Program-made: the position numbers and the translations under genes
Notes under the pieces: model-generated
The model's input: the letters and a program-made list of their open reading frames with translations, nothing else
What the model was told of the DNA's origin: nothing
Databases searched by the model: none
IMG/VR virus record: IMGVR_UViG_3300037067_011504
Coordinates: 1 to 64,000 of that record
Length of the DNA: 64,000 nt
Direction: 5' to 3' (one strand)
From: a virus
Lineage: Duplodnaviria > Caudoviricetes
Shown: in pieces, positions 8,704 to 22,100 of the stretch
How positions within the stretch are numbered: the stretch's first letter is position 1
How the letters are laid out: each line of letters begins with the position of its first letter

Positions 8704-11243
8704 TGATGAAAAAGAAAAGGAAACTTCCGAATATTAAGCCAAAGTATATCTTAGAACTTGATGAAGATCAGATGTATGATCTTGGTGGATGGTTAAAAAG
8801 AAGAGTATTACCTTTCATTGGAGATCTTGCTGTTGGCAGAGCAGATAGTTTTTTATCTAATTTTGGTGCAGGAGATATCATAAAAGATAGTGCATATAGT
8901 TCATCGAAAGCAGCTGATTTTTCAAATAAATTACAGAGTACTGTTAATCCAATAAAGAATTTTGCATTGGATCTTGTTGTTCCTGGTGCCGGGAGTGCAG
9001 CAAATATATTACAGAGTAATAATAGTTACGGAGAAGGAGAAGATGATGAAGAGGTAAAACAGATAGGAGATACTGTTATGCCACGTACAGTAGGCAAGGT
9101 TAATATGACACCTAATGTGATGCATTTCAAGAAGGGTGGTAAGATAAAGAAGGTTATGCATGAATTCAAGGCAGGGACATTACATAGTGGTAGTAAAACA
9201 GGACCATTAGTGACAAAAAGAGATCAGGCAATAGCAATAGCATTATCTGAAGAGAGAAGAAAGAATAAAAAGAAAGAGACAGGAGGAGTTATCATGGAAC
9301 CAATAGAATATAAGAAAGGTGGTAAGATCCATATAAAGAAAGAGAACAAAGGTAAGTTTAATGCTCTTAAGAAACGTACAGGGAAGACTACAGAGGAATT
9401 AACGCATAGTAAGAATCCATTAACTCGTAAGAGAGCTGTCTTTGCTCAGAATGCACGTAAATGGAAACATGAAGGAGGAGGATTACTCAATGGCATGGAT
9501 AATGATGAACAGATATATGGCAAAAGAAATCCATTAATGATAATGGAAGGAGCGTCACATGATGAAGGAGGTATTAACTTTCTTCCGGATGCAGAGGTAC
9601 AGGGAGGAGAAACGATAATAAACAATGTTGTTAATTCTGATGATATAACAATAACAAAAGAATTAGCTAATGCATATAATCTACCTAAGAAAGCAGTAGG
9701 CAAGACAGTAGCAGACTATAGTAAGAATATAGAGAGTCAGTTTGAAGGCAGGGATGGTGATCCATTCGCCATGAACACACGTAACAGGATGATGAGTGTT
9801 GTATCACGTATGTCGGCAGAGTTAGCCGATATGTATGATAATGAAGATAATCATGCACAGTATGGTAAAGATTTGAATCCTGATCCTCCTTCATGGACAT
9901 ATGGTGTACCAGCAATACGATGGGGATTAAAAGCACTTAATAGATTTAGTGAAAATGTTGGAACACCAATAAAATATCCATTTACTAATTTAAGACCTAC
10001 AGGAATAGGATGGGATCCAAATGGAAATAATAATCTTGTAGATCCAAGGACAAGAGTTAATCAAGGTGGTTTTAATGCAGAAGATTTGATGTATTTACCA
10101 TTTAATAAAGGTAATAATATTAACATTCAAGAACAACAACCAATAAGAACAACAAATAAAATAACACCAACAATACCAATAGATAATGAACCAATAGATT
10201 TTAGAACTCCTAAACAAGCAGGATATACAGAAGGAACTGCAACAGGATATAGTACAGGAACTAATACAAATAAGTTTTTCACTCCTGATATAAGTTCATT
10301 AAAATATATTGCACCAGATGATAATATGAATATTGGATCTACATTAGGATCATTGGTTGATGATAAAAAATATGATATCAAGTTTAGTAATCCGGCAGAT
10401 ATCCCTGGTCAGACATTATCTGAAAATAAAGGAATAGGTAATAATGTAAAAGGATCTGGTATTAATAATATACTAGGTGCTGTTCCTATTGCTATGAGTG
10501 CATTTAATGCTGCAAAGGCAGCAAGAGAAAGACCAGAGAAAATAAATATTGCACCTATTCATCCCGAGAAGATCAATCCGAAACTTATTGATCCTTCATA
10601 TCAGTTACAGAATGTAGGTGATGTCTTTGCAACAGGTAATGAAGCGATGAAACAAGTATCTAAGAAAGATTATTTACGTAGGCGTATACAATCAGCAACA
10701 GAAGAAGCAAAGACCAAGAGTGGAGTATTGGGACAGACAGCAGCAACTAATGTAGGGATACGTAACAGGGCGGATGAGATAAATCAATCCAATGCCATGA
10801 GAGCGGGTATGTTTAATACTGAGATGGGATTACAGGAAGAGAATATCAATGCTGCTAATATGGGAGCATACCAGACCAATAGAGATTTTCAGAGGAATAA
10901 TCTTGCAACAATGTTAGGTGAGTATGCAAGGGATACAAGGTTAGAGAAAGCTGATGAAAAATATAGAGACAGATGGTTTGATGCTGCACAGGGAGCATTT
11001 GGCAATAATCTTGGATTAGATCGTGATACATCAAGTTGGTATATTAAAGGATCTCCATTGGGATCTACTTATGATGCATCTAAGGTATATCCTAATAACT
11101 GGAATCCTACACAACAGGATATCTTTTCACCTGCAGAGTCACAATATCCTGGTATATCGCCAGAAGAAGGAATCAACTATAGAGCAAATCTATTTAGACC
11201 AATAAGTAGACTTGGATTATCAAGAGCAAGATATAGTCGTTAA
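8703..11243 (+). CDS. virion cargo/ejection protein 1 with DUF6496-like basic module
   Basis: GASHDEGG...AEVQGGE motif, IHIKxENKGKF...ARKWKH motif and repeated xxxGG; directly follows the muzzle. Confidence 0.7.
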   Translation: MMKKKRKLPNIKPKYILELDEDQMYDLGGWLKRRVLPFIGDLAVGRADSFLSNFGAGDIIKDSAYSSSKAADFSNKLQSTVNPIKNFALDLVVPGAGSAANILQSNNSYGEGEDDEEVKQIGDTVMPRTVGKVNMTPNVMHFKKGGKIKKVMHEFKAGTLHSGSKTGPLVTKRDQAIAIALSEERRKNKKKETGGVIMEPIEYKKGGKIHIKKENKGKFNALKKRTGKTTEELTHSKNPLTRKRAVFAQNARKWKHEGGGLLNGMDNDEQIYGKRNPLMIMEGASHDEGGINFLPDAEVQGGETIINNVVNSDDITITKELANAYNLPKKAVGKTVADYSKNIESQFEGRDGDPFAMNTRNRMMSVVSRMSAELADMYDNEDNHAQYGKDLNPDPPSWTYGVPAIRWGLKALNRFSENVGTPIKYPFTNLRPTGIGWDPNGNNNLVDPRTRVNQGGFNAEDLMYLPFNKGNNINIQEQQPIRTTNKITPTIPIDNEPIDFRTPKQAGYTEGTATGYSTGTNTNKFFTPDISSLKYIAPDDNMNIGSTLGSLVDDKKYDIKFSNPADIPGQTLSENKGIGNNVKGSGINNILGAVPIAMSAFNAAKAARERPEKINIAPIHPEKINPKLIDPSYQLQNVGDVFATGNEAMKQVSKKDYLRRRIQSATEEAKTKSGVLGQTAATNVGIRNRADEINQSNAMRAGMFNTEMGLQEENINAANMGAYQTNRDFQRNNLATMLGEYARDTRLEKADEKYRDRWFDAAQGAFGNNLGLDRDTSSWYIKGSPLGSTYDASKVYPNNWNPTQQDIFSPAESQYPGISPEEGINYRANLFRPISRLGLSRARYSR

Positions 11244-11260
11244 TATAATAATATAATATC

Positions 11261-13111
11261 ATGCCGATCAACCGTTTTTATCAGCCATCAGCACCACGAT
11301 ATACCAGTCAGTTTATAGAAGACAGATATCCGGAAGAACTCATCATGCAGGCAGGAGCCATGAAGTATGGTCAGCAGCAACAGTTTGCAAAAGATGTAGG
11401 AGAGATATCAGGTCTTAATGCTGCAACACCATATGGTTATAGAACAACAGATATAGCACCAATAGTAAGAAAGAAATATTCAGATAGGATAAATGAGTTT
11501 CAGACCAGATTTGCAACATCATATGATTCTCCACAAGCTGTTATGGAACTGACTAAGTTAAGAACAGAATTCCAGTCTGATCCTGATAGACAGTTAATGA
11601 TCATGGATGCTACACAAGGTAATGAAGAACGTAATGCACAGATAAGGAGTACTAATACATATAATATGGATTATGATCCTAATGTGCATCCTGCAACAGG
11701 TAAGATAAAACAGTTCCGTCCTGGTGAACCATATTCTCCATATGGACAGTTAATACATTATCAGGATCTTGAGAAGCATGCTAATGAAGCGTTTAATCAG
11801 GTTCAACCGAATCTTACATCTGTACCATTATTGAATGAGAGTGGAGAATCGATAGGACAACAGACAAGGAAATATATTGATCCTAATAAGTTAGAACCTG
11901 TAATACAATCATTGGCACAGAAGGCAGTAGAAGGGAATAGTAAGGAGGCAGCATATCTAAGGACACGGTTTAGAGATGAGAATGGTAATCCACGTAATCC
12001 TACATTTGAAGAAGCATATAACTATTATAAACCTCTTGGTGAGAAGTATATGCAGGAGAGTCGTACATTAGATATCTATAAGACATCTACAGGTAGTGGT
12101 AATGGTAGTGGTGGTGAACAGGGAGTCGGTATAGCAACACAGACTATGCCGGCTTCTAAGACATCTGTTAATATGACGGATCTTACAAAGAGAAAGGTGA
12201 ATCAGAAATTACTATATAATTTCTTCCATGAGAATAAGATACCATTATCATCTGATGCAGGATTTGCCAATATCATTGCTAGGTTAAAGAATGAAAAGGC
12301 ATTAAGTGATAAGGCAACATCATCAGAAGAAGCTACTGCTCTTAAGAAATATATCGATGAAACAAAAGATCAGAGTATGTATCTAAAGGTAGAGAGACCA
12401 ACTGATCCGAAAGAGGTAAAGGATGCTGAGTCATATTTCTTTGGTTCAGGAGCAGTAAACGGTAAATTAAATAGTGATATAAAAGGATCAGTTATTGCAG
12501 GTAGTTATCTATGGGATACTAAGACAGGCGAGACTATAATAGACAAGAAAAAAATATCCGAACTACTTAAAGAAGATACATCAATAGCAGTAATAGGCAA
12601 GGTTGATGAGAGGACATCTACTATGGCTCCATTTCCTAATGCCTGGCAGATAGATATAGGTGATAAGAGCTATCTCATAAAAGGATCTGATGAGGGTACA
12701 TATAAAGATAAACTTACGTGGAACTTATATGGTATGGATAGGTCTAATACAGATATAGGTGCTCCATTCGCATACAATATAATAGATGGAAGAGGAGAGA
12801 TAACGGATATATCTGATCCTGGCATGGATGGAGATCCTACTAAACTAACTGATCCTTATGCATTATATATTGTCCCGATGAGAGATCATACTGAGACTGA
12901 TAAATATAATAGACCAATAATAAAATACAAGGTCTTTAGTTCAAATCCATTAGTTGGAAATAATAATAAGAGTAATTATATGGATGATAGTAATCCAAAA
13001 TTTTTAAGAGAATATAAGTTAAGTGATTTTGCTGATATGACTAGCTTAGTCACTAAGATGTTCTCTATTGAGGATGTTGATGATATGATGACAATGAAGT
13101 TCAGTAAATAA
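11261..13111 (+). CDS. virion cargo/ejection protein 2
   Basis: NRF...Y-SQF...P N-terminus; lies between cargo 1 and the RNAP polyprotein. Confidence 0.6.
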   Translation: MPINRFYQPSAPRYTSQFIEDRYPEELIMQAGAMKYGQQQQFAKDVGEISGLNAATPYGYRTTDIAPIVRKKYSDRINEFQTRFATSYDSPQAVMELTKLRTEFQSDPDRQLMIMDATQGNEERNAQIRSTNTYNMDYDPNVHPATGKIKQFRPGEPYSPYGQLIHYQDLEKHANEAFNQVQPNLTSVPLLNESGESIGQQTRKYIDPNKLEPVIQSLAQKAVEGNSKEAAYLRTRFRDENGNPRNPTFEEAYNYYKPLGEKYMQESRTLDIYKTSTGSGNGSGGEQGVGIATQTMPASKTSVNMTDLTKRKVNQKLLYNFFHENKIPLSSDAGFANIIARLKNEKALSDKATSSEEATALKKYIDETKDQSMYLKVERPTDPKEVKDAESYFFGSGAVNGKLNSDIKGSVIAGSYLWDTKTGETIIDKKKISELLKEDTSIAVIGKVDERTSTMAPFPNAWQIDIGDKSYLIKGSDEGTYKDKLTWNLYGMDRSNTDIGAPFAYNIIDGRGEITDISDPGMDGDPTKLTDPYALYIVPMRDHTETDKYNRPIIKYKVFSSNPLVGNNNKSNYMDDSNPKFLREYKLSDFADMTSLVTKMFSIEDVDDMMTMKFSK

Positions 13112-13129
13112 AGATAGATATTTGACATT

Positions 13130-16100
13130 ATGGGAAAGAAGCAGGGTACCAAGACCTTTGCTGATATGATGGAAGGCATTGAGCAACCAATATCGGCAAA
13201 TAATGTACCGGAACAATACACACCTTTTATATCCGGCAATGAACCTACCAAGAAGAATCCACTAGAAGGATTCAACATGAATTTTCCAGATCCATACAGA
13301 TCCAAACAGTATGTCGATCAAGGAGGAAAATATTTCATAGGGACACCACAAACAGCATTCACAAGTTCTGTAAAAGGGGAAAACCAACCATGGCCATCTA
13401 AGTTATTGAATGGTTTGATTGGTAATACTATTGCAGTATCTACCAAGGTCAATACAGCAGTAGGTGAGATAGGAGGAGGATTATTTGATCTACTCACTAT
13501 GCCTATCCCAGGTGTTACAGAAGAGAGAAAGAAACAATATGGTACAGCTACTCCACATCTGTTTGAGAACTTCTATACAGAGTTCATAAAACATGTAGAG
13601 AATGATATTGTAAAGGATAAGTTATTTCCTGTCTATGGTGGTCAGGCATATAATACAGATAACCTGATAAGCCAGATGGGTGATATGAAGTTATGGTCAT
13701 CTGATCTTGCCGATGCAGTAGCTTTTACTGTTGCAGCTTATACTCCTGTAGCAGCACTTAGCAAGGTATCAACATTGATGAAGCTTGGCAAGAACGCATC
13801 TAAGATATTTCAGACAATAGCAACATCAGGATGGAACACTGTACAGGAAGCATCTCTTGAAGCACAACAGGGATTACAGGATATTAGAGAGACATTATCT
13901 GCTGATATGTTTAAATCAACATATGCAGGTCTTAGTAAAGAACAACAGGCAGAAGTTAATCAGAAGGCTGGTTCTCATGCGGCTAACATATTTAATACTA
14001 ACCTTGCTATCCTTGCAGGACCGAATCTCATACAGGCAAGATTCTTCATTGGTCCCGTCAAATCATCCAAGTCAAGGTTGATGAAAGGTGTTCTTAGTGG
14101 AAAAGTAACTAAAGAGAGTATAGGTGTTGCCAAGAGTGTATTAAAGCAATCAGGACTAGGTATTGTATCAGAAGGTGCATGGGAGGAAGGATCACAACAG
14201 GCTGTACAGGATTATGAGAAGAACCGTGCATTAGGTATGGAATATGATAATAGGCTTGGAGGATATGCCTATCAATGGCTTAATAACTTCTATACTACAG
14301 AAGGACAGAAGTCAATGTTCCTTGGTGCTATTGTAGGCGGTGGTATGGGTGCCAGATCAGGTATTGTTGATGCAAGAGCAGATAGAAAGTTTGTTGAGGA
14401 GTATAGTAATAAATATCAGGATGCATTAAAGAACAGGTTTCCATTATATGATAATGTATTGCCTAATAATATAAAACATTTTCTTAAGTCATATAATAAA
14501 GAGACAACAGATAAGGATGGTAATAAGGCAATAGGCAAGACAGTATTAAATGAGAGAGGAGAGATAGAACCTGATGTATATAAGATGGGTAAGTTGTTTG
14601 CCGGTAGCATGCAACAGAAGTCATTGTTTAGTAATCTTGCAATGGCTAATCTTAATATGGATGAAGTACATGAGAAATTTTTTGTCAATGAAGGATTATT
14701 ACAGATGTTCTATAAGTATATGTCTGATCCTATCTTTGATGATTCCAACATTGCCTTTGATACCATGATGGAGAGAGAAGGTATCAAAGCACTTTCGGAA
14801 GATGAAGAACTATCTAAGCTTGGATTTGATTATAATGACCTGTCTGTTCAGTTACATAAGATGAAGACTGAATGGGATAATATACATAAGAAATTATATT
14901 CCCGGAAAGATCTCGACAATACCGATCAGGAGAATGAGTTCAAGAGGAATGTAGTAAAAGGAATTCTCTATGAGAGGATGAAGTTACATGTACTTGATGA
15001 TATTGAACAGATAGTAGAAGATAAAGATCAGTTAGATCCTATACGTGATGATGCCAGGAAGTATATCGATATGTATGAGGATAAGTCTGAACGTAATAAG
15101 TTATTTGAGGAATATACTAAAGAGACATCAGCAAGGATAGATCTTATTAAACAATTAAAAGATCAGTATGTAAAGGATCCTGCATCAGTAGATACAAAAA
15201 AACTGGAGTATCTTATTGAAGAAGAGAGTATGATCAATGGTAGTCCTGTTACTAATGACAGGTTTTCACTCATACAAAGACCGGAAGATAAGACAGGGGA
15301 ATTTGGTTTACGTAATCAGTATTATCTTAATATTGGTATGGATGCTATTGCAGGGGCAAGATTACAATCAGCGATAAACAATGTACAGGACAGTAATGGA
15401 ACACTTAAGGAAGCGGTAGATATACTCACAAAAGAGAAATATGATGTAAGGAAAGAAGATATACAAGCGGTAAAGAACCTTATACCTATTGAGAGGAAGA
15501 GAGTCGAGAGTAATAGATATACTTCTGATATGTTTAATGCAGATATAAGTGCATTATATAGCAAACAGGCTGGTGGAGAGATGACAGGAGAGGAGGTGCG
15601 TATTGCATCACAGGAACTCGAGAAACAGTTAGAAGAATCTGATATCATCGTTAATGATATGGAGGATGCTATTGACAGGCTAAATGCTATTGATCCAAAG
15701 AGTGACGGGAAGGGATTACTTAACTATATGGATGGCATGCCACGTCATATAACAGATGACTATTCTTTCATGCGTAAGGTAGCTGATGTTCCAATTAATG
15801 AAGCAGATGATCTTATAAAGACTGTAAGAGCTAATCCTGATAGTTATGATAAAGTAAGGAAAGTAGAGGAATTAATAGAAAGACTCAATGATAGAAAAAA
15901 TATATATAAGAAGACAGAATTAAAACAACGTCTTGATAATAAAGCATTCAAAGGATATATAAAATCTATTGATGATATCCTTAAGATAATAAAAAAAGAG
16001 ATATTACCTGTTGCAGAAAAGAACTACACCGAGAAACAGAATACTGATTCCAGACATCAGGTTAACAGGAATCATAAGAGGTTTGAAGGATTAGGCATGA

Positions 16101-19100
16101 CGATATCCGATATAGATGAAGTTATTCCTACTGATTCGGATATATATAATGCTATAATATCTATCATTGGTAACGATGAATTAAAGAAGATATTAGCGAG
16201 TGCTAAAGAGGCATCGGAACTTGGTAATGAGTATTCATTTAATGAAATATTTGTTGACAGGATAATAGCATCAATAAAACAGAAGGAGAAAGAGAAAAAG
16301 ACAGAAGGATCATTTAAGAGACTCATTGAATCGAAATATAATACAGGTACAACAGAGATAGAGAATCTTTATATGTCATACCAGACTAAGGCAACAAAGT
16401 CAGACAGGGAGATGATAAAGAAATATAAACGTAATCCTAAGAAGTTATTTAAGACAGTCATTGAATTTATTGTAGGATATAAAAGACTTAACACATCAGA
16501 GAAGTTTGCTATTGACAGGTATTATATCAATAATGACATTCTTGAATTCCGTGATAATATAAGTAATGAGACTGATATAGGATATACAGGGTTAACGAAA
16601 GAGCAGATACTATCATTTATCAATAAACATATACAGGTAGAGGCATTACAAGATATTATAAGTGATTTTGATAATGACTATGATATCAAGAAGCAGATAA
16701 AGGCAGAGAATGATGCATATATAGAGATGAAAAAAGCACCTACCAATCAGCAGGTGACAGTAATACGATCAGCAGTCAAATGGGCATTATCTCCACTTAA
16801 GAGAGTCTTTGAGACAGATAAGAAATATCATAGGTTTAAGACATGGTTATTTATCCGTGGCAATGCTGGTACAGGTAAGACACAATTTGTCATGAAGTTT
16901 TTAACACGTTGTCTTAGTGTTAAGAGTAATGAGATCTTTGCTGTTGCTCCTCATCAGAATGCTGCTGACATGATAGATAAGTCACTTGTAACAAGTAATA
17001 AAACAACACTTATAAAAGATCTTACAGTAGATAGTATATCTAATGATATTAAGTTTGTATTGATAGACGAAGTTGCTGCATTGACTAATCCGGAACTTAT
17101 AGCATTATCTAATACTCTACAGGCTATTAATGAAAAGAGACAGGTACCCTTTCGTGTGATAGCATTTGGTGATCCCAGCCAGGCATCGGCACAAGAGGAA
17201 GGAACAACAAAGTCATTTGATCCGGTAATCAACAGGAACATGACAGATGGGATAGAATATCTTGAGGTTACTGATCCTCTTACTGTACGTCATAGAAGTA
17301 TCATACCGGAGATAAACGAGTTACTGGACATATATGAAGGTAATGACAGGATCGTAGCAGGATTAACTGTCTATGCAAGTAATATGATAGGTTATGAGAG
17401 TATAGGTGTTCATGCAGGTACATTATCTGATATGGATACTCAACTTAAAGTACATAATAGTAATGGTAAGACAAAAGCTATTGTGGTATTCTCAAATAAG
17501 GAAAAGGCTAATATGATTAGTCGTCATCCTGATATGACAGATAATGTGTATACATATACAGAAGTAGCAGGGCAGGAGTTTGGCGAGGTATATGTTGATC
17601 TGTCACGTAACCAATTCAGGGATAACAGCGAATTTAATAAGGCGTTCTATACATCTATCAGTAGGTCCCAGCAATATATTTTCTTTAATGACAAAGGTGG
17701 TACATTTAATAACCAGGCTAAACAGTCTATAAAAGATAAGTATGACAAAGGAGATTATCAGAAAGAACAGAGTAAGATATTTGATGCACGGAAGAAAGAG
17801 TATGAGAAAAGACTTGAGTTTGATAATAATGTCTTATCTGGCATAAAGACAAGGAAGAAAGAAGAGAAAGTAGTTATAAAAAAAGGTACCGAGAGTGCTG
17901 AGGAAGATCAGTATATACCATCAGAGACAGAAGATGTAACAGGGAAGGAAGAACCGGACTCCAATGCTAACATGGAGAAGATTGAACAGAAGATAACCAG
18001 TTCGGCATTTAAGCATATCCTTGCATTTCCATCATACATAGGATCTAAGTTCATAAGAGCTAAAGGAAACACAAGTAAGTTACTTCCAAATAGTGAGGTT
18101 ATATATGTTAAGACTGAGGATAAGACAAATGAACATAAATACACTATTCACATCCTTGGTCAGTTATATGATAATAATAACCAGCCATTAAATAACAGGT
18201 ATGCTCATCTTGGGATAGTATCAGAGGAAGAATTAGCCAGTGATTTTGGTCAGAAATTGATGAGTAATTATGAAAAGAGTTTTAATAAAGAAGGAGAAGA
18301 ATTATTCAATACTATCACTATAGACAGGACAAGTGATGTAGTAAATCTTACAAATTCAAAAGGTGAAGAATATACTAAGACTATATTGGCTACCGGTAAG
18401 CTTGCTCTTGCACAGCCATTGACATATAAATATAGTGATAAGATAACATATAAAGGAGAAGGGTTTATAGATAAGGTTATTGATCTGTTTAGCCATAGGT
18501 ATCTTGATAGGGCAAAAGAAAAGGCATCATATAGTATAGTAATATATACTAATAATAATAAACCTGCAGAAAGATTTGCAGGTGTACCATATCTGATAAT
18601 AGAACCAGTATCTAAGAAGGGACTAAAAAAGGATAAACAATATATATCACTTAATCCACGTAATATATCATCAGGTAACAGGCATATAAAAGTATTAAGA
18701 TCATTCACAGAGGAGATAACTAAGCTTGAAGAATATGTTGGTAGTAAACTTGGTATATCTCCATTCAATGAGATGATAACAATGTTCTCACGTAACTTTC
18801 ATATTGAGGGTGATGATATAACCTTTGCAGGTAAGAACTTATTATTTGAAGAATATAATAATCTTGCAAAGAGAGGATTTGTTATACCTCTTGATAAGAA
18901 ACAATTTAATCATGTTGCAGAGACAATAGAACCTATCATCAAAGGATTATATTCTAAGGATAAGATCAAGAAGCGTATCAAGAATGAGGATGAGATGAAG
19001 AAACTCTATAAACTTGATGAGAATAATAAGTCAGATGATGCTATATATGAATTTAGACCGGCAACGAGAAAAGATAAAGAAGGTAATATAATAGACAAAG

Positions 19101-22100
19101 GATATGGATATGTATATAAGTTCTCATTAGCTAATAAAGAAGATAAGGGAACATATGAATATGAAGACGGATTAAAGATAGGAGGAGGAGAAGCACAGGT
19201 ATCACTTAATGTGATCGCAAAAGCAAATCACTATGTTAATAGTAAGTCAATACGTGTAAAGACAAAGAAGAGAAGGACTGAGACTGGTGCGTTAATGAAG
19301 ACTGCTACATATGTAACAACAGCCAAGTCATTACTTGATACTAATGAATATTCAGAAGGATATTATAGAATGGTAAGAGAATTATTTAAAGAAAATAATA
19401 TTAATATTTTTTATGATGTTACATTTAAAGATGGTAGTACAAGAAAAGTAGAAGATCGTTATATAACAGATGACAATATAGAGGCTGTAGAGAATTATCT
19501 TATTGATGAGGGGATAAAAACAAGAGAGGAACTTGATGAGTTAAAGAATTCATTTATAACTGAACCTATAACATCAGACAGGTTAAGAGATATATCTATG
19601 TTTGATGGTGATGAGCATCCTGAGTTACGTACACCATTAGAGAAAGATGGTAAATGGGGTATTAATACTCTTGGGGAAGATATAGAAGCTAATAAAGAGA
19701 TTCTTGAACAGTTACTACAGACTAATATTGAAGACATACTACAGACTGATATACATGTGGCTGTTGATGAGAATACTGCTATTGATAATGAACCTGAGAT
19801 AAGTGAGGAAAAGAAAGAGAAGGACCTTGGTAAGAAGTCTAAAGAAGTAGCATCACGTATATTTAAAGGTATACGTAAGAAACTATTATCCGGAATTCCG
19901 ATATTAGGAAAGAGAATATATGAGAGTGATATAATAAAGATCATACGTAAGAGTATCCCGGGAATAGGTAAGGAGGGGGTAGTCTTTTTGGAGAAGCAGA
20001 TGATAGACCGGTTAGCTGATGAAGAAGCATGGGGGTTATATGAGGATGGTATTATATATCTTGCAAAGAATGATGATGGTACCGTATATGAGAATATTGC
20101 CAGGCATGAAGTTTTCCATAAGATATATAATGAATATCTTACTGCTAAAGAGAGAAAAGAGATAGATGATATGGCTCAAAAAGAATTTAAAGATTATGAT
20201 AAGTTTTCATCTATTGAAGAACTACTTGCAGTAAAATATCATGAATGGAAAAGAGGAAGGTTAGAGAAGATAAGTGATTACTTTAAGAATCTTTTTAAAC
20301 GTATAATGGCATTTCTTGGTATCTATGAGAATAATATAGATAGCATCAATGATCTCTTTTATAAGATCGAGAATGGATTTGTTGACTATAGATATTCTAA
20401 AGGAGATAACACAAGACGGTTAATGAAAGATATAAAGAAAGAGTTTGGTACAATTAATAATTATATCGAGTCATGTGATTATGTCCTTGCCATGCTTGGG
20501 GAATATCGTGAGAATGGTATTAATGGTATACCATCAGAGAGAGGCGAGATAATAGATGAGATAATAAGAGATACTATTAACAGAATAGATACATTAAGAA
20601 AACTATTACGTACATCTGATGAACCGGCATACAGATATGAACTGGACAGATTATTGATGATAACAAAAAATATGAAGGATATCGTTAATGATTTATTTCC
20701 CGGGTTTAATAATTATGCTGATGGGTTATATCGTTCAACAATAGAAGAGGAGGAGTTAGAGTCGATAATCGATGAGATGGATGAAGACGAAGTGGTTAAT
20801 CTTAATAAACATATAATAGAGAATAGTAAACTTAATAGTGAAGTTGATATATCAGATGATATAAGGGAATTCATATCATATATAAAGAATGATGATGGTG
20901 AGTTTGTATCATGGAGATATGCATACATCAAACTATTAGGTATGCTTGAAGGGGTGAATCTTGAAGATGATAATTTTATTGATCAGATACTTGAGAAGTT
21001 CAAAGTAGCAGAGACAGATAAGGGAGTCAGTAGGCATGACATGAATACTAATGAGACGGCTGTCTTTAAGACACTACAGACACTTAAGAATATAATAGAT
21101 ACTAATACTTATAAAGCAGTAAGATTGCCTATGACAGTTAGGTTTGTATCAGGAGATACATTCTTCTATTCCAATAAGTCTGTAGAAGATGTAAATAGTA
21201 TCTCAGATGCAAGAGTATTATCCGGAGAAGTGAGTTATACAAAAAAGAATAAAGGAGAGTCATCTAAGGATTTCTTTAACAGGATAACAAAGTTATCAGA
21301 TATCTCTAAAGAGAAGATCATACAGATATATAAAAAGGAGCAGGCACGTCTCATACTTGCACGACTAACAAGTCATTTTAATTCACACAGGCAGAGAGAT
21401 CCTAAGATAGGTACAATCAAGTCAAGTTTTGGTGGTCATGAAGTGAAGTATTTTGATGCAAAAGGTAATGCAGTGACTACTGGTGTACGATCAGCGATAG
21501 CTTCCCAGATAGCCAATAAATTCCAGGAGAAGACAGATATTGAAAAGTTCATTAATGGTCCTTTAAGAAAATGGAACGATGCATATTATAAAGATCCGTT
21601 ATCATTCGTTAAAGATTTTTTTAGATATATAGGTTTATCTGAATATAGTGGATCGCTTAAGAATAAAAGCATGAGTATGATCATGGGTGATATAAATGCT
21701 TTCTTTACTACAGCATCACAGGAGATGAATAAGCCACAACAATCTGAAAAGGATGATGAGGTATCAGATACGATAGATAATAATGAGGTAGATAATACTG
21801 TAAGCATTGGTAAGATATTGTCAGATGAAGGATCCGGTATGCTTACAAGACTTACTGCAGCAGTGTCATTAATGGATAACCTATCACGTATATTATCTTC
21901 TCAGGATGGTAAAGGTCATAAGAGATATAATGCCGTGTTGAGCACACAGATACATAAAAAGATATTCGGTCTGATAAATAGTAGAAATATACATGGCGTA
22001 GGAGATAATAAGTTCATCAATATAAGATCTGTATTCAATAATAAATTTTTTCAAAAGAATATATTCATCAATGGATTGAATAAAATATATTCTATCATTG

